64,000 bases of DNA from Candidatus Fervidifonticultor secundus (GCA_031459385.1 JAVKIP010000013.1:19353-83352), one strand, 5' to 3'. Positions 36,205 to 46,246 are shown, counted from the first letter of the stretch. Notes: generated by a model from the sequence alone, not told the origin. Program-made: numbers and translations.

Positions 36205-38850
36205 TCAGCGTAGGGAATCGGATGACGGTGTCCCGCCGGGGGTGTCGGCCAAGCCTCGGCCCGCGCTCGTGAGGCCGAGGCGGTAGGCAGCGGCCACAGC
36301 TTCGGTGCGCGTGTGCACGTTGAGCTTCCTGAGGACAGCCGAAACGTGGTGGTCCACGGTCTTGAGCGAGAGGAACAGGCGGGTGGCGATCCCCGCGTTC
36401 GGTAGGCCTTCCGCCAACAGCGCCAGGACCTCGAGCTCGCGGGCGGTGAGGCCTGCCGGATTACCCCGCGTGGCCATCCGAGAGCCGCGGGGAATGCCAC
36501 GGACGCCCCGGGCGCGCATGACGCGCCGCAGCAGGTCGATCGCCGGCCTGGCGTCCAGTTCCTCGAAGATCTCCAGCGCAGAGCGCTGCGCGGCCTCATC
36601 GCCCTCGGAGAGGGCCATCGCCTGCTCGTAGGGACATCCCAGCCGCGCCCACGCGTCGGCCGCCGCGCGCCACTCACCGCGGATCTGCATCGCGAACGGT
36701 TGGGCGCTCTGCTCGGGGAGCGCCGACAGCGCTCCCGCCTTCCAGAGCCAGTACGCCAATTCGCCGACGGCCCAGCGGCTGCCGAGACGCCGCGCCAGAG
36801 TGAGGGTCGGCTCGACGAGGGCCGGGATGCGGTCGGCCTGTCCTGAGAGCCAGGCGAACTCGGCCCGCCCGGCCGCGGCGGGCCACAGGCGCTGGAGGTC
36901 GCCGGTCACCTCGGCCAGGCGCCAGGCTTCGTCGAGGGCCTCGGCGGCCTGCGGGTCGCCGCGTCGCGCCCGGATGCGCCCGAGGACCGTGAACGCCACG
37001 ATTGGGGTGATGGGCCAGACGCCCGGCTTCGACGCCACCTGCGCGGCCAGCTCGCCGGCCTCCGCCCACCGGCCCTGCTCGAACCGCACGCGCGCGAGCC
37101 AGGCCGTGGCGTAGTGCACCTGCGCGTCCAGGTCCCGCTGCGACGAGAACGCGATCGTCTCCTCCAGGTAGCGAATTGCGGTCGGGTAGTCGCGGATCTC
37201 GCCGGACGCGCTGCCCAGGTTGCCGAGGGCGCCGGAGGCAGCGATGTCGAGACCCGCCTCCTTCGCGACGCGGAAGCTCTCTTCGAGCCTCGCGATCCCC
37301 TCGCGGCGTTCCAGCAGCACGATCTCCGTAGACCCGACCGCGTTCAGGGCCCGCGCCAGGGCCTGGGTCGCGCCGATGCGGCGGGCCAGCTCGATCGCCT
37401 TCGTCCCCCACTCGATGACGGCGCGGGCATCGCGGGCGAGCATGCCAAGGGAGCTGCGCGTGGCGTAGGCCGTCGCGAGCTCGGGCCCGTGCGGCAGAGG
37501 CTCCAGCAGGTCGATCGCCTCCTGCGCGTGCGCCGCGGCCTCGGCGCTACGCCATGCGCTCCACAGGATCATCGCATACTCCGCCAGGGCCGCACCCTCG
37601 CGCACCCGGTCGCCCATCCGGCGCCGGATCTCCAGCACCTGCGCGCGCGCCTCCAGCGCCTCGGGGATGTGGTCGGTCGCCCGGGCTTCGACCGCATAGC
37701 CTTCGTACAGCGCGGCCAGCGCCTCCGGCTCGAGCCGCGCAGCGAAGCGTAGCGCCCGCGCGTACTGCTCGAAGGCCTGGCGGTGCGCGCCGCGGGCCGC
37801 CGCGTCGTGCGCGGCCGCGGCGGCGTGCCGGAGCACCGCCTCCCCGTCGCCCGCCACCTCGGCGTGGTACGCGAGCCGTGCTGGATCGGCGCCCGCCTCC
37901 CGCTCGAGCGCGGCCAGGGCGCGAGCGTGGAGGCGGCGCCGCTCGTCCGGCGGCACGGTGTCCTCGACGGCCAGGCGGGTGAGTTCGTGCCGAAACCGGA
38001 GGGTGTGGCCCTCGTCCACCAGGACCCCGGTGCCCAGGCACTCGGCGACGGCGTCGTCGGGGGCGTGCGTCATCTGGGCCAGCAGCCGACGCTCCACGCG
38101 GCCCGGCACGACCGCGGCGGCCTCTGCCACCCGTCGCGCGGCCGCGGAGAGCCGCGAGGTGCGCGCGAGCACCGCGTCGCGGACTGTGACCGGGAGGCCT
38201 CGCGCCGGGCTCGCCAGGATCTCGGTGACGTAGAACGGATTGCCGCCGGTGACCGCGTAGAGTCCTTCGGCGGACCGGCCGGCGCGTCGCGCCAGCGCGG
38301 CGACCGCGGCTTCCGAGAGGGGCGGGAGCCACACCCGCGTCACGCTGGCTGCCGGGAGGTCGCCCAGCACGCGCCGGAGCGGGTGGCTGGCGGTCACCTC
38401 GTCGTCGCGATACGTGAGGATCAGCATCGCCCGCGTCCGGTGGATTCGCCGTCCCACGAACTTAACCAAGTCGAGGGTGGCTTCGTCGGCCCAGTGGACG
38501 TCCTCGAACACGACGAGGGTGGGCCGCGTGGCCGCGCGGAGGTCGTTGAGGAAGGCCGTGAAGATGGCGGTCCGAGGGGCCTGGGTCTCGAGGAGCGAGA
38601 GCAGGTTCGACCGCTCCTGCAGGGCGATGTCGTGCAGCGGGCCTAGCGGCCGCGGGGTGAACAGCGCCTCGCACCCGCCCCAGAGCGCGCGCACGGCGTC
38701 GCGGTGTGCCGAGACGAAGTGCTCGACGAGGACGCTCTTGCCGATGCCGGCCTCGCCGAACACCAACGCCACGCGGCCCTCGCCGCCGGCCGTGACGCTG
38801 AAGGCCCGGCCGAGATCGGCGAGCTGGGCACCCCGCTCGAGTAGCTCCAT
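36205..38850 (-). CDS. large ATP-binding LuxR family regulator (LAL/MalT-like: AAA ATPase, TPR-like region, LuxR HTH)
   Basis: GEAGIGKS Walker A, VFEDVHWAD Walker B, TGGNPFYV, LTARELEVL...NAGIATRLFLSLKTVDHHVSAVLRKL. Confidence 0.93.
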   Translation of the reverse strand: MELLERGAQLADLGRAFSVTAGGEGRVALVFGEAGIGKSVLVEHFVSAHRDAVRALWGGCEALFTPRPLGPLHDIALQERSNLLSLLETQAPRTAIFTAFLNDLRAATRPTLVVFEDVHWADEATLDLVKFVGRRIHRTRAMLILTYRDDEVTASHPLRRVLGDLPAASVTRVWLPPLSEAAVAALARRAGRSAEGLYAVTGGNPFYVTEILASPARGLPVTVRDAVLARTSRLSAAARRVAEAAAVVPGRVERRLLAQMTHAPDDAVAECLGTGVLVDEGHTLRFRHELTRLAVEDTVPPDERRRLHARALAALEREAGADPARLAYHAEVAGDGEAVLRHAAAAAHDAAARGAHRQAFEQYARALRFAARLEPEALAALYEGYAVEARATDHIPEALEARAQVLEIRRRMGDRVREGAALAEYAMILWSAWRSAEAAAHAQEAIDLLEPLPHGPELATAYATRSSLGMLARDARAVIEWGTKAIELARRIGATQALARALNAVGSTEIVLLERREGIARLEESFRVAKEAGLDIAASGALGNLGSASGEIRDYPTAIRYLEETIAFSSQRDLDAQVHYATAWLARVRFEQGRWAEAGELAAQVASKPGVWPITPIVAFTVLGRIRARRGDPQAAEALDEAWRLAEVTGDLQRLWPAAAGRAEFAWLSGQADRIPALVEPTLTLARRLGSRWAVGELAYWLWKAGALSALPEQSAQPFAMQIRGEWRAAADAWARLGCPYEQAMALSEGDEAAQRSALEIFEELDARPAIDLLRRVMRARGVRGIPRGSRMATRGNPAGLTARELEVLALLAEGLPNAGIATRLFLSLKTVDHHVSAVLRKLNVHTRTEAVAAAYRLGLTSAGRGLADTPGGTPSSDSLR

Positions 38851-38953
38851 GGGACTCCCCGCCACGCGGTTTGCCGCCGGACGCGTCTGTGCCTCCATCC
38901 TCGGCCGGTGAGCGCGGACCCTCGCGCGACGCCGGCCGCCTCGCGCGCCGGCA

Positions 38954-38988
38954 AAGATAGGGAGCCGCGCCCGCCAATCTGGGGAGCC
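38954..38988 (+). promoter_or_regulatory. tandem direct repeat, candidate LuxR-regulator binding sites
   Basis: AAGATAGGGAGCC (38954) and AATCTGGGGAGCC (38976), 22 bp apart, in the divergent luxR/DUF4242 intergenic region. Confidence 0.5.
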
Positions 38989-39059
38989 TTCCCGATGCGG
39001 CCGATCCTGGTGGGCGGCTATCCTCGCGGCAGACATCGATCCGCAGGAGGAGGGAGAAC

Positions 39060-39332
39060 ATGCCGCGCTACCTGGTGGAGCGCACGTTTTCCGACGGCCT
39101 GGCCATCCCGATGACCGAGGAGGGTACGGCCGTCTGCCGGACCGTCGTAGCCAACAACGCCGAGGACCTGGTCACCTGGGTGCACTCGTACGTGACCCCC
39201 GACAAGACGAAGACCTTCTGCATCTACGACGGTCCCTCGCCGGAGGCGATCCGGCGTGCCGCGCGCCGGAACAACCTGCCGGTCGACCGGATCACCGAGG
39301 TCAGCGTGCTCGATCCCTACTTCTACCGGTAA
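39060..39332 (+). CDS. DUF4242 family protein
   Basis: MPRYLVER...VTWVHSYV...KTFCIYDGPSPEAIRRAA...LPVDRITEV. Strong RBS. Confidence 0.88.
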   Translation: MPRYLVERTFSDGLAIPMTEEGTAVCRTVVANNAEDLVTWVHSYVTPDKTKTFCIYDGPSPEAIRRAARRNNLPVDRITEVSVLDPYFYR

Positions 39333-39356
39333 GCGATCCGCAAGACCGTCGAGGAG

Positions 39357-39971
39357 GTGGAACAGATGACGAAGGTGCGTACGGGCGTCCTCATCGCCGC
39401 GCTCGTCCTGGCCCTGGCAGGCCTGCACGCCCAGGCAGGCACGCAGCGCCGGATGGCAGTACAGCCGGCTGCCCAGACGGTGCATCCGGACGTCGTGAAC
39501 AAGATCGCTGCCGCGCGGATGGCGACCGCGAAGTACGTCAACGACCTCGAGCGCGCGAAAGCCGACGGCTACACGATCATCACGCCGATGATCCCCAACA
39601 TGGGGTACCACTTCCTGAACCCGAAGATCGAGGGGTTCGACGTCACGAGGCCGCCGATTCTGGTCTACGTACGCAAGGGCGGCGCCTGGCAGCTCGTGGC
39701 CATCGAGTGGGTGTTCCCGCGTCGCCCCGCGACCCCGCCGCTGCAGGGGGCGCAGTACGGCTCGTTCGGCGCGGCGTGCCACTACGCCGACGGCTCGTTC
39801 ATCGAAGCCGCTGCGGAGGCCAGGTGCGGGAGGACCAACCCGCAGACCGGGGCCGCGTTCAGCTTCTGGCACGGCCCGCTGGTGACCCTGCACCTGTGGA
39901 TCTGGTACCCGAACCCCAACGGCATCTTCGGGGAGTTCAACCCGCTGCTGACGCCGTTCAACAACGAGTAG
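39357..39971 (+). CDS. exported hypothetical protein, putative metal-binding
   Basis: Signal peptide; MGYH, P.ILVY, IEW, CH, WH, LHLW..NPNG.F..FNP. Confidence 0.8.
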   Translation: MEQMTKVRTGVLIAALVLALAGLHAQAGTQRRMAVQPAAQTVHPDVVNKIAAARMATAKYVNDLERAKADGYTIITPMIPNMGYHFLNPKIEGFDVTRPPILVYVRKGGAWQLVAIEWVFPRRPATPPLQGAQYGSFGAACHYADGSFIEAAAEARCGRTNPQTGAAFSFWHGPLVTLHLWIWYPNPNGIFGEFNPLLTPFNNE

Positions 39972-40269
39972 ATGCGCTGGATGTTGCTCGTGCTGGCCTC
40001 GGCGTTGGCCGCCTGGTCGCCTCGGCCGGCCGATGCCGAGGCGGCTCGCGCCACCGCAGCTCGAGGCGGACTACCTCCGGGTGGTGGCGGTCCAGCTCGT
40101 CACCGAGGCGGTCTACGTGGACGCGCCCGGACTCGGCGTTGTCCGCCTGAACCTCGGAGGTTCGGCGAGGCTCGACTTCCTGCCCAGGCGCCGGGGGCGC
40201 TTTCCTTTCGCCTGCACCATCGAGGGTCACCGCGAGGCTGGCATGACGGGCCTCCTGGAGGTGCGCTAA
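39972..40269 (+). pseudogene. cupredoxin-like gene with internal deletion or frameshift
   Basis: Signal peptide MRWMLLVLASALAA in one frame; type-1 Cu C-terminus FACTIEGHREAGMTGLLEV in another. Confidence 0.6.
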
Positions 40270-40304
40270 ATTCGCCTGCCGAGCGCAGGACCATCGACGA
40301 GGCG

Positions 40305-41318
40305 CTACCCGCTGACGCAGGAGGCGGCCAGCTCCCGGGCCGGATCTGCTTCCTCGTACACGATCCGATAGATCGCCCGGAGGAGGGGCAGGCGGTCCGC
40401 GACGGCGTGATCCTGCGCGAACCGCCAGCACCAGTGGATGGCGGCGTACCCTTCGGTCAACTCGCCCCGCGCCTTGAGCCGCTCAACCACCAGCGCCGTG
40501 GGCAGCCCGCTGCCCCGCATCTCGCCAAACGTTCGGTTGCGGCCGGCGACAGCGGTGACGAAGAGGTCTCCGACCCCGCCCAGGCCGTAGAAGGTTTGCG
40601 GCTGGATATCCACGTGCCGGCCCAGGGTCTCCATTTCCTCAATGGCGCGGGAGAACAGGGCGGCCTTGAGGTTGTAGAGGGCTTCCGCCCGTCCCGCGGC
40701 CACCAGACCGTCGCAGAGGCCCACGGCGATGGCGTAGACGTTCTTCAGGGCGGAGCACAGTTCTAGCCCCTGCTGATCGGTGCTCTCATGGACGCAGTAG
40801 TACGGTGTCTCCATCCACCGGCGAGCCTGCTGTCGTATCTGTGCGTCCGGAGAAGCGTACGTGACCTCGGTAGGCACCCGTCTGGCGAGCTCCACGGCCT
40901 TGCTGGGGCCACCGATGGTGACAGTGCGCGCCGTCCACCTGGCATAGATGGCCGTCGAGAGCGTCAAGACCTGCCCGTCGAGCGGCACCAATCCCTTGGA
41001 GGCCACCGGCAAAGGGGTCCCGGGCCGCATCAGCCCATGGGCGCGTTCCAGCACCGGCAGCGCCCCCTCGGACGTCACGGCCAGGATGACCAGGTCGGCG
41101 CCCTCCAGCGCCGCTGCCAGCTCTGCCGATGCGAACGGGGTGACCGATGCGGGCAAGGGGAGCTTGAGCTTGGGATGGGCCTCGCCCGCACGCAGGGCTT
41201 CAATGATGTGGTCATCCAGGTGGGTCCCCCACAGGGCAACGGTGTGCCCGTTGTCGCTGGCGGGCACACTCAGCGCAGAGCCCATGAACCCCGCACCCAG
41301 AATCGCAATCCGGCCCAC
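40305..41318 (-). CDS. NAD(P)-dependent glycerol-3-phosphate dehydrogenase family protein (GpsA-like)
   Basis: GAGFMG, ASKG, GGPS, ALKNVYA, GVGDLFVT, GRN, EG. Confidence 0.88.
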   Translation of the reverse strand: MGRIAILGAGFMGSALSVPASDNGHTVALWGTHLDDHIIEALRAGEAHPKLKLPLPASVTPFASAELAAALEGADLVILAVTSEGALPVLERAHGLMRPGTPLPVASKGLVPLDGQVLTLSTAIYARWTARTVTIGGPSKAVELARRVPTEVTYASPDAQIRQQARRWMETPYYCVHESTDQQGLELCSALKNVYAIAVGLCDGLVAAGRAEALYNLKAALFSRAIEEMETLGRHVDIQPQTFYGLGGVGDLFVTAVAGRNRTFGEMRGSGLPTALVVERLKARGELTEGYAAIHWCWRFAQDHAVADRLPLLRAIYRIVYEEADPARELAASCVSG

Positions 41319-41363
41319 TGTCCCAGTGCCTCCTCTACCGACACCGACGTGGCGGCAGTCTGT

Positions 41364-42128
41364 CTAGATCTCGTACGTCTCGGTCTCGACCACCGCCTCC
41401 ACCGGCCCGTCGAATTCTGCGGCCGCCGCGTCCACTTCCTCGACGGGATCGGTACATGGGAAAAAATGCGTCAACAGCAACCGGCGCGCGCCCGCCCGGG
41501 CTGCCAGACGCCCGGCTGTCAGGCCCGAAAGGTGCACAAACGCCGCGCCGATCTCCTGCAGGCGCTCTGAGAACGTCGCCTCCGCCAGCAGCAGGTCGGC
41601 CCCCCGCGCGAGGCGCTCGATGCCCTCACACACGCCGGTATCGCCGGTGTAGACTAGCGACTTCCCGTCCCGCTCCAGACGCAAGGCATACGCCTCGACG
41701 GCATGGTGTACTCGCTCCCACCGAATGGTGAACCCGAGCAGCTGCATGTTGCCGCTGCCAGTCATGACGTGGAAGTCGAAATCGCCCACGATGCGGATCC
41801 CTTCACCCTCTGGGCCAAATGCTATGAGGTGCTCGCGGGCACCGCCAGGAGCGAGGACCGGTGGTCGCGCGATCCAGCGTCGCGGAGGGAAGGGAGCGTA
41901 CTCCAACGCCAGTTGGAAGGCCGGGAAGTCGGCTACGTGATCCGGGTGCAGATGCGACAGCATCACGGCGCCGATGGATCGCGGGTCCCAGCGTGCCAGG
42001 AGTCGAGAGACCACCCCGTAGCCTACGTCGAGAAGCAGCCGGGCATCTCCCCCCTCCACCAGGTACCCGGCGCACGCCTCCCCCGGCCTGGGATATCCTC
42101 CGGAGCGCCCCAACACGGTCAGACGCAT
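41364..42128 (-). CDS. metallo-beta-lactamase fold hydrolase (RNase Z/phosphodiesterase-like)
   Basis: SHLHPDH, HH, YTGDTG, LAEAT, H, LLLTH. Confidence 0.9.
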   Translation of the reverse strand: MRLTVLGRSGGYPRPGEACAGYLVEGGDARLLLDVGYGVVSRLLARWDPRSIGAVMLSHLHPDHVADFPAFQLALEYAPFPPRRWIARPPVLAPGGAREHLIAFGPEGEGIRIVGDFDFHVMTGSGNMQLLGFTIRWERVHHAVEAYALRLERDGKSLVYTGDTGVCEGIERLARGADLLLAEATFSERLQEIGAAFVHLSGLTAGRLAARAGARRLLLTHFFPCTDPVEEVDAAAAEFDGPVEAVVETETYEI

Positions 42129-42138
42129 GGCTCGCCCC

Positions 42139-42945
42139 TTAGCCTTTCAAGCCGCCGGCTGTCAGGCCGGAAACGAAGTATTTCTGACCCGCCAGCACCG
42201 CCACCACGATGGGCAGCACGATCAGGGCTGCCGACGCAAAGACCCCACCGAGTTTGAGCTCCTCGAAAGTCATGAAACTGTACACCACGACCGGCAGCGT
42301 CTTCGTCCGATCCTCGGCGAGAATCAACGGGAACAGAAAGTGATTCCAGGTGAACACCAGTCCCAGCATGGACGCTGAGAGCACCCCGGGGCGCACCAGG
42401 GGTAATGCCACACGCAGAAACACCCCCAAGGGCGAGCACCCGTCGATCCGCGCTGCCTCCTCGACCTCCACAGGGACCTCCTCGAAGAACGCCAACATCA
42501 CCCACGTGATCAGTGGCACGGTGATCACCAGGTGCGCGGCCACCAGGCCCGTGTACGTATCCAGCAGCCCCAGCACCCGGTACGCCACGAACCAGGGCAC
42601 GAGGAACGAGATGCCGGGGAACATGCGCCAGACCAGCACCCACACCGCGAGCCCACCACGGCCGCTGCGGGCGATCCCGTACGCCGCCGGCAGGCCCAGC
42701 ACCAGGCCCAGCAGCACCGCTCCTGCCGTGACCACCACGCTGTTGGCCGTGTAGCGGAGAAACGGGGTCTCCTTGAAAACGGTCCGGAAGTTCTCCAGCG
42801 TCAGCCGGGCGGTCAGGGTCGGGGGGTACGTGTAAATGTCCGCCGTGGCCCTGAAGCTGTTGAAGATCATCCACACGTAGGGGAACACGAAGATGGCTAG
42901 CAGAAGCGCCAGCATCACGTAGAAGATGAGACTAGGCCGCTTCAC
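42139..42945 (-). CDS. carbohydrate ABC transporter permease (MalG-like)
   Basis: EEAARIDGCS EAA loop, TWNHFLF, GLTAGGLKG. Confidence 0.93.
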   Translation of the reverse strand: MKRPSLIFYVMLALLLAIFVFPYVWMIFNSFRATADIYTYPPTLTARLTLENFRTVFKETPFLRYTANSVVVTAGAVLLGLVLGLPAAYGIARSGRGGLAVWVLVWRMFPGISFLVPWFVAYRVLGLLDTYTGLVAAHLVITVPLITWVMLAFFEEVPVEVEEAARIDGCSPLGVFLRVALPLVRPGVLSASMLGLVFTWNHFLFPLILAEDRTKTLPVVVYSFMTFEELKLGGVFASAALIVLPIVVAVLAGQKYFVSGLTAGGLKG

Positions 42946-43825
42946 CCCGGGCCCCCTTGCGCCACCGGATCAGCAGCATGTTGCTGCCCAGGATCACCGC
43001 CACCAGGACCATGATCAGGGCGCTGGCATATCCGAAGTTGAAGTACCGGAACGCCTGGTCGAAGATGTAGAGGACCAGGGTCTGCGACGCCGTCCCCGGC
43101 CCTCCCTGGGTGGTGATGAAGATCTGGTCGAATGTCTTGAGCGCATCGATCAGCCGCAGGATGGCCGCCGCAACGACCGAGGGTCGCACCATGGGCAGCG
43201 TCACCGTCCAGAAGACCTGCCAGGGACTGGCACCGTCCACGATGGCGGCTTCCAGCGGATCGGTGGGCAGCGCCATCATGGCCGTCAACACGATGAGGGC
43301 CACAAAGGGCGTCCACTGCCAGACGTCCATGAGGATCAAAGACGGCAGGACCGACTGCGGCCCAAAGAGCCAGCGCTGGGGCGGCAATCCGACACTCACG
43401 AGAAACCAGTTGAGAATGCCGTACGAAGGGTTGTACATGTTTCGCCAGACCAGCGCCAGGGCGGCGGGCGTGCCGGCCACCGGGAGCAGCAAGAGCGTCT
43501 GCACCAACCCCTTGGCTGCGAACGGTCGGTTGAGGAACTGGGCGAGCGCCACCCCTAAGATGACCTCGGCGGTCACCGCCACGCCGGAAAAGTACCCGGT
43601 AACCAAGAGAGCGTGCCAGAATCGCGCGTCACCCAAGGTGATCTGCACGTAGTTGGCCGCGCCGGCCCACTCGGGTTCGTGGAGCGAGGACGCTGACCAG
43701 CGCGTCAGACTCATCACGGCGGTGTAGACCACCGGGAAGACCACCGTGACCGCCAGAATCGCAAGCGCGGGTAGGACGAAACTCCATCCTACCCGCCGGT
43801 CCTGCCCTGGCATCGCTCCCGTCAC
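42932..43825 (-). CDS. carbohydrate ABC transporter permease (MalF-like)
   Basis: DVWQWTPF, EAAIVDGAS, TQGGPG. Confidence 0.93.
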   Translation of the reverse strand: MTGAMPGQDRRVGWSFVLPALAILAVTVVFPVVYTAVMSLTRWSASSLHEPEWAGAANYVQITLGDARFWHALLVTGYFSGVAVTAEVILGVALAQFLNRPFAAKGLVQTLLLLPVAGTPAALALVWRNMYNPSYGILNWFLVSVGLPPQRWLFGPQSVLPSLILMDVWQWTPFVALIVLTAMMALPTDPLEAAIVDGASPWQVFWTVTLPMVRPSVVAAAILRLIDALKTFDQIFITTQGGPGTASQTLVLYIFDQAFRYFNFGYASALIMVLVAVILGSNMLLIRWRKGARGEAA

Positions 43826-45131
43826 CTGCGCTTGGGTTCAGTCCTCTCCAGCACGTCGTTGATCCGACGGGACGCCGCCTCCAGCTCTGCGCGGGCGTCC
43901 CGTCCGGCCAGCGCGCCGCTGATGGCTGTGCCTACCAGGTCCACCACCTCGGCGGTCGCCACGACGGGCGGGTGCCCGATGGGTCTGGCGGTCCGCAGCT
44001 GCATCAACATCGTATCCAGCCACGTGGGCTCCATGGTGGTGCGCCATGCCGGCTCGGCCCACAGCGAGCTGCGGGGCATAAGGAACCCTCGGGCGTGGAG
44101 GATGCGCTGCATCTCCTTGCTGGTCGCCCACTGGATGAAGAGCCACCCGGCCCGCTTTTTCTCCGAGAAAGGCGACAGCGCCAGGCTCCAGGCCCACAGC
44201 TCGTACGTCGCGCCCGCAGGGCCCGCAGGAGCCGGTGCCACCGCCCACCGGCCGAACACGCGCGAACGGTTCGGGTCTCCGAAGATCCCGGCCCAGGAGC
44301 CGGCGTCCAGGATCATAGCGGCGCGCCCCTGGGCGAACAGCGTCTGGACCTCGATGGGCCCCGCATCCAGCACGCCCGGATCGCCGAAGTTCCGCAGGAT
44401 GCGCGCGTACTGCGTCACCGCCGCCACGGCCGCGGGTGATGCCACACCAGCCCTGCCGTCGGCCGCGATCCAGGTACCGCCGTGCGCGTACAGGAAATGG
44501 GCCCAACTATAAGGCGCCTGGGTCTTCCGGCCGCGCGACACGAAGCCGTAGACGTCGGGCGGCCGGTGGAGTCGCCTGGCGGCCTCTTCCAGTTCGTCCA
44601 GCGTTCGGGGTGGGCGCAGCCCGGCTGCGTCAAACAGATCCTTGCGGTAGAACAGCACCTGGGAGACGACCTGGAGGGGCACGGCCACGTGTTTGCCGTC
44701 GAACTCCTGGGCCTTCCAGACGCTATCCATGAAGTCGGCCCCGGCCCACTCGGGGCTGGTCGCCGTGGGGTCGCGTAGCAGGGGCGTCAGGTCCGCGTAC
44801 CACCCCGAGGCCGCAAACCGGCGTCCCTCATAGGACGTTCCGGTGTTGAACACGTCAACCCGGCGGCTGGCGGCAGCCAGCTCCACCGCCAGCTTCTGCC
44901 GGAAGGGTCCTCGGGGAAGTCCTCGATGATGACCTTGATGCCGGTGCGCCGCTCGAATTCGGGCAGGCGCTCCTTGAACAGATCGGTGAACCACGCCCGC
45001 AGAGCCAGCACCCGCAGCTCGGCTCCCTCCGCCTGACGCCAGTCGAATCGTGCCTGTGCCAGGCCCCCGGTGGACACTGTCCCCACTACCAGCAGGCATG
45101 CCACTACGATCGTCATCAGCCTCATCGGCAT
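43822..45131 (-). pseudogene. sugar ABC transporter substrate-binding protein with a single-base frameshift (probably an assembly error)
   Basis: Signal peptide plus FERRTGIKVIIEDFPED in ORF 44787..45131. One extra C in the run at 44905-44907 would join it to PFRQKLAVEL...LFYRKDLF in ORF 43822..45099. Confidence 0.82.
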
Positions 45132-45161
45132 CCTCCTTTCAGGATTTCGCGTCTGACCCCC

Positions 45162-46172
45162 TCAGGCCGTCGCACCCCGGACTGTGCCATGCTGCGCGTG
45201 CGTGACCGGCCCCCGTCCCTGGGCACTCGCGTCACGTCGCCTCAGCAGGGCTTCCGCCGCGATGGCGTCGGTAATGAGCACGTTGCAGTACCGCCCGGCC
45301 AGCGCGCCCAAGATGGCGTCCACCTTGCGCCCTCCGCCCGCCACCCCCACCGCGAGGCGCTTGGTACGCAAATCGGCCAGCTCCACCGCCAGCGTGCGCT
45401 CGCCCAGATCCCGCGCGCAGAGCCGGCCGCTCAGGTCGTAAAACCGTCCGCAGATCTCTCCCACGGCACCCGCCTCACGCAGGTCCTGCAGCAGTGCCTG
45501 ATCCACATAGCCCGCGCGCACCAGCGACGACTCGCGGGAGACCGCCCCGATGCCAAACATCGCCACCTGGGCCCGCCGGGCCAGGGCCAGCGCCGACGCG
45601 ATCCTGGAGTCCTGCAGCACGCTCTCCTTGATGACCCGGGTATCCACCATCAGGGGGGCAGCCAGCATGATGGACTCACCGCCAAAGACCTCCGCGGTGT
45701 GCTGCACGATGTACTCTGCGTGGGATACGTGCGTGTTGCGCACCAGACTGCCGTTCAGCTGCACGACCTTCACGCGGCTGATCGGACGCGGCCGGAGCCG
45801 GCGCACCATCTCATAGAGGGTGCTGCCCCACGCCAGCCCCACCACGTCTCCGGCTTGAAGATGGCGCTCTAGGACACGCGCAGCTGCCTCGCCCAGCGCG
45901 GCCTTGACGGCGTCGTCGCTCTCGTCCGCCGGCCGCACCACGACGGCTTCTGCCAGACCGAAAGCACCCTCCAGGCGCACTTCCAGGTCGGCCGAGAACA
46001 ACACGGGAGACCTGATGCGGACTTCCACAATGCCCCTGGCACGGGCGCGGGTGAGCATCCGGCCCACCGTCTGCCGCGACAGCCCCAGTCGCGCGCCGAC
46101 CTGGCTCTGGGTCAGCCCGTGCACGTGGTAGAGCGTGGCCACCTTGGTGAGCAGTTCCAGGTCGTCGTCCAT
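45162..46172 (-). CDS. SorC/DeoR(B. subtilis-type) sugar-binding transcriptional regulator
   Basis: VATLYHVHGLTQSQVGARLGLSRQTV, GLAWGSTL, FGIG, GAVGEICGRFYD, LITD. Confidence 0.93.
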   Translation of the reverse strand: MDDDLELLTKVATLYHVHGLTQSQVGARLGLSRQTVGRMLTRARARGIVEVRIRSPVLFSADLEVRLEGAFGLAEAVVVRPADESDDAVKAALGEAAARVLERHLQAGDVVGLAWGSTLYEMVRRLRPRPISRVKVVQLNGSLVRNTHVSHAEYIVQHTAEVFGGESIMLAAPLMVDTRVIKESVLQDSRIASALALARRAQVAMFGIGAVSRESSLVRAGYVDQALLQDLREAGAVGEICGRFYDLSGRLCARDLGERTLAVELADLRTKRLAVGVAGGGRKVDAILGALAGRYCNVLITDAIAAEALLRRRDASAQGRGPVTHAQHGTVRGATA

Positions 46173-46190
46173 GGCGCCCGGCCCCCCGTG

Positions 46191-46246
46191 GTGAGCATAG
46201 GCTCACAATGCGAGCATATGTTAAGAGACCACTCGAGGGTCGTCAA
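46191..46246 (-). promoter_or_regulatory. promoter and candidate operator of the sorC-sugar operon
   Basis: TTGACG (46246-46241), 17 bp, TAACAT (46223-46218). Palindrome GTGAGC-ATAG-GCTCAC (46191-46206) and a related GAGCATATGTTA overlapping the -10. Confidence 0.65.
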
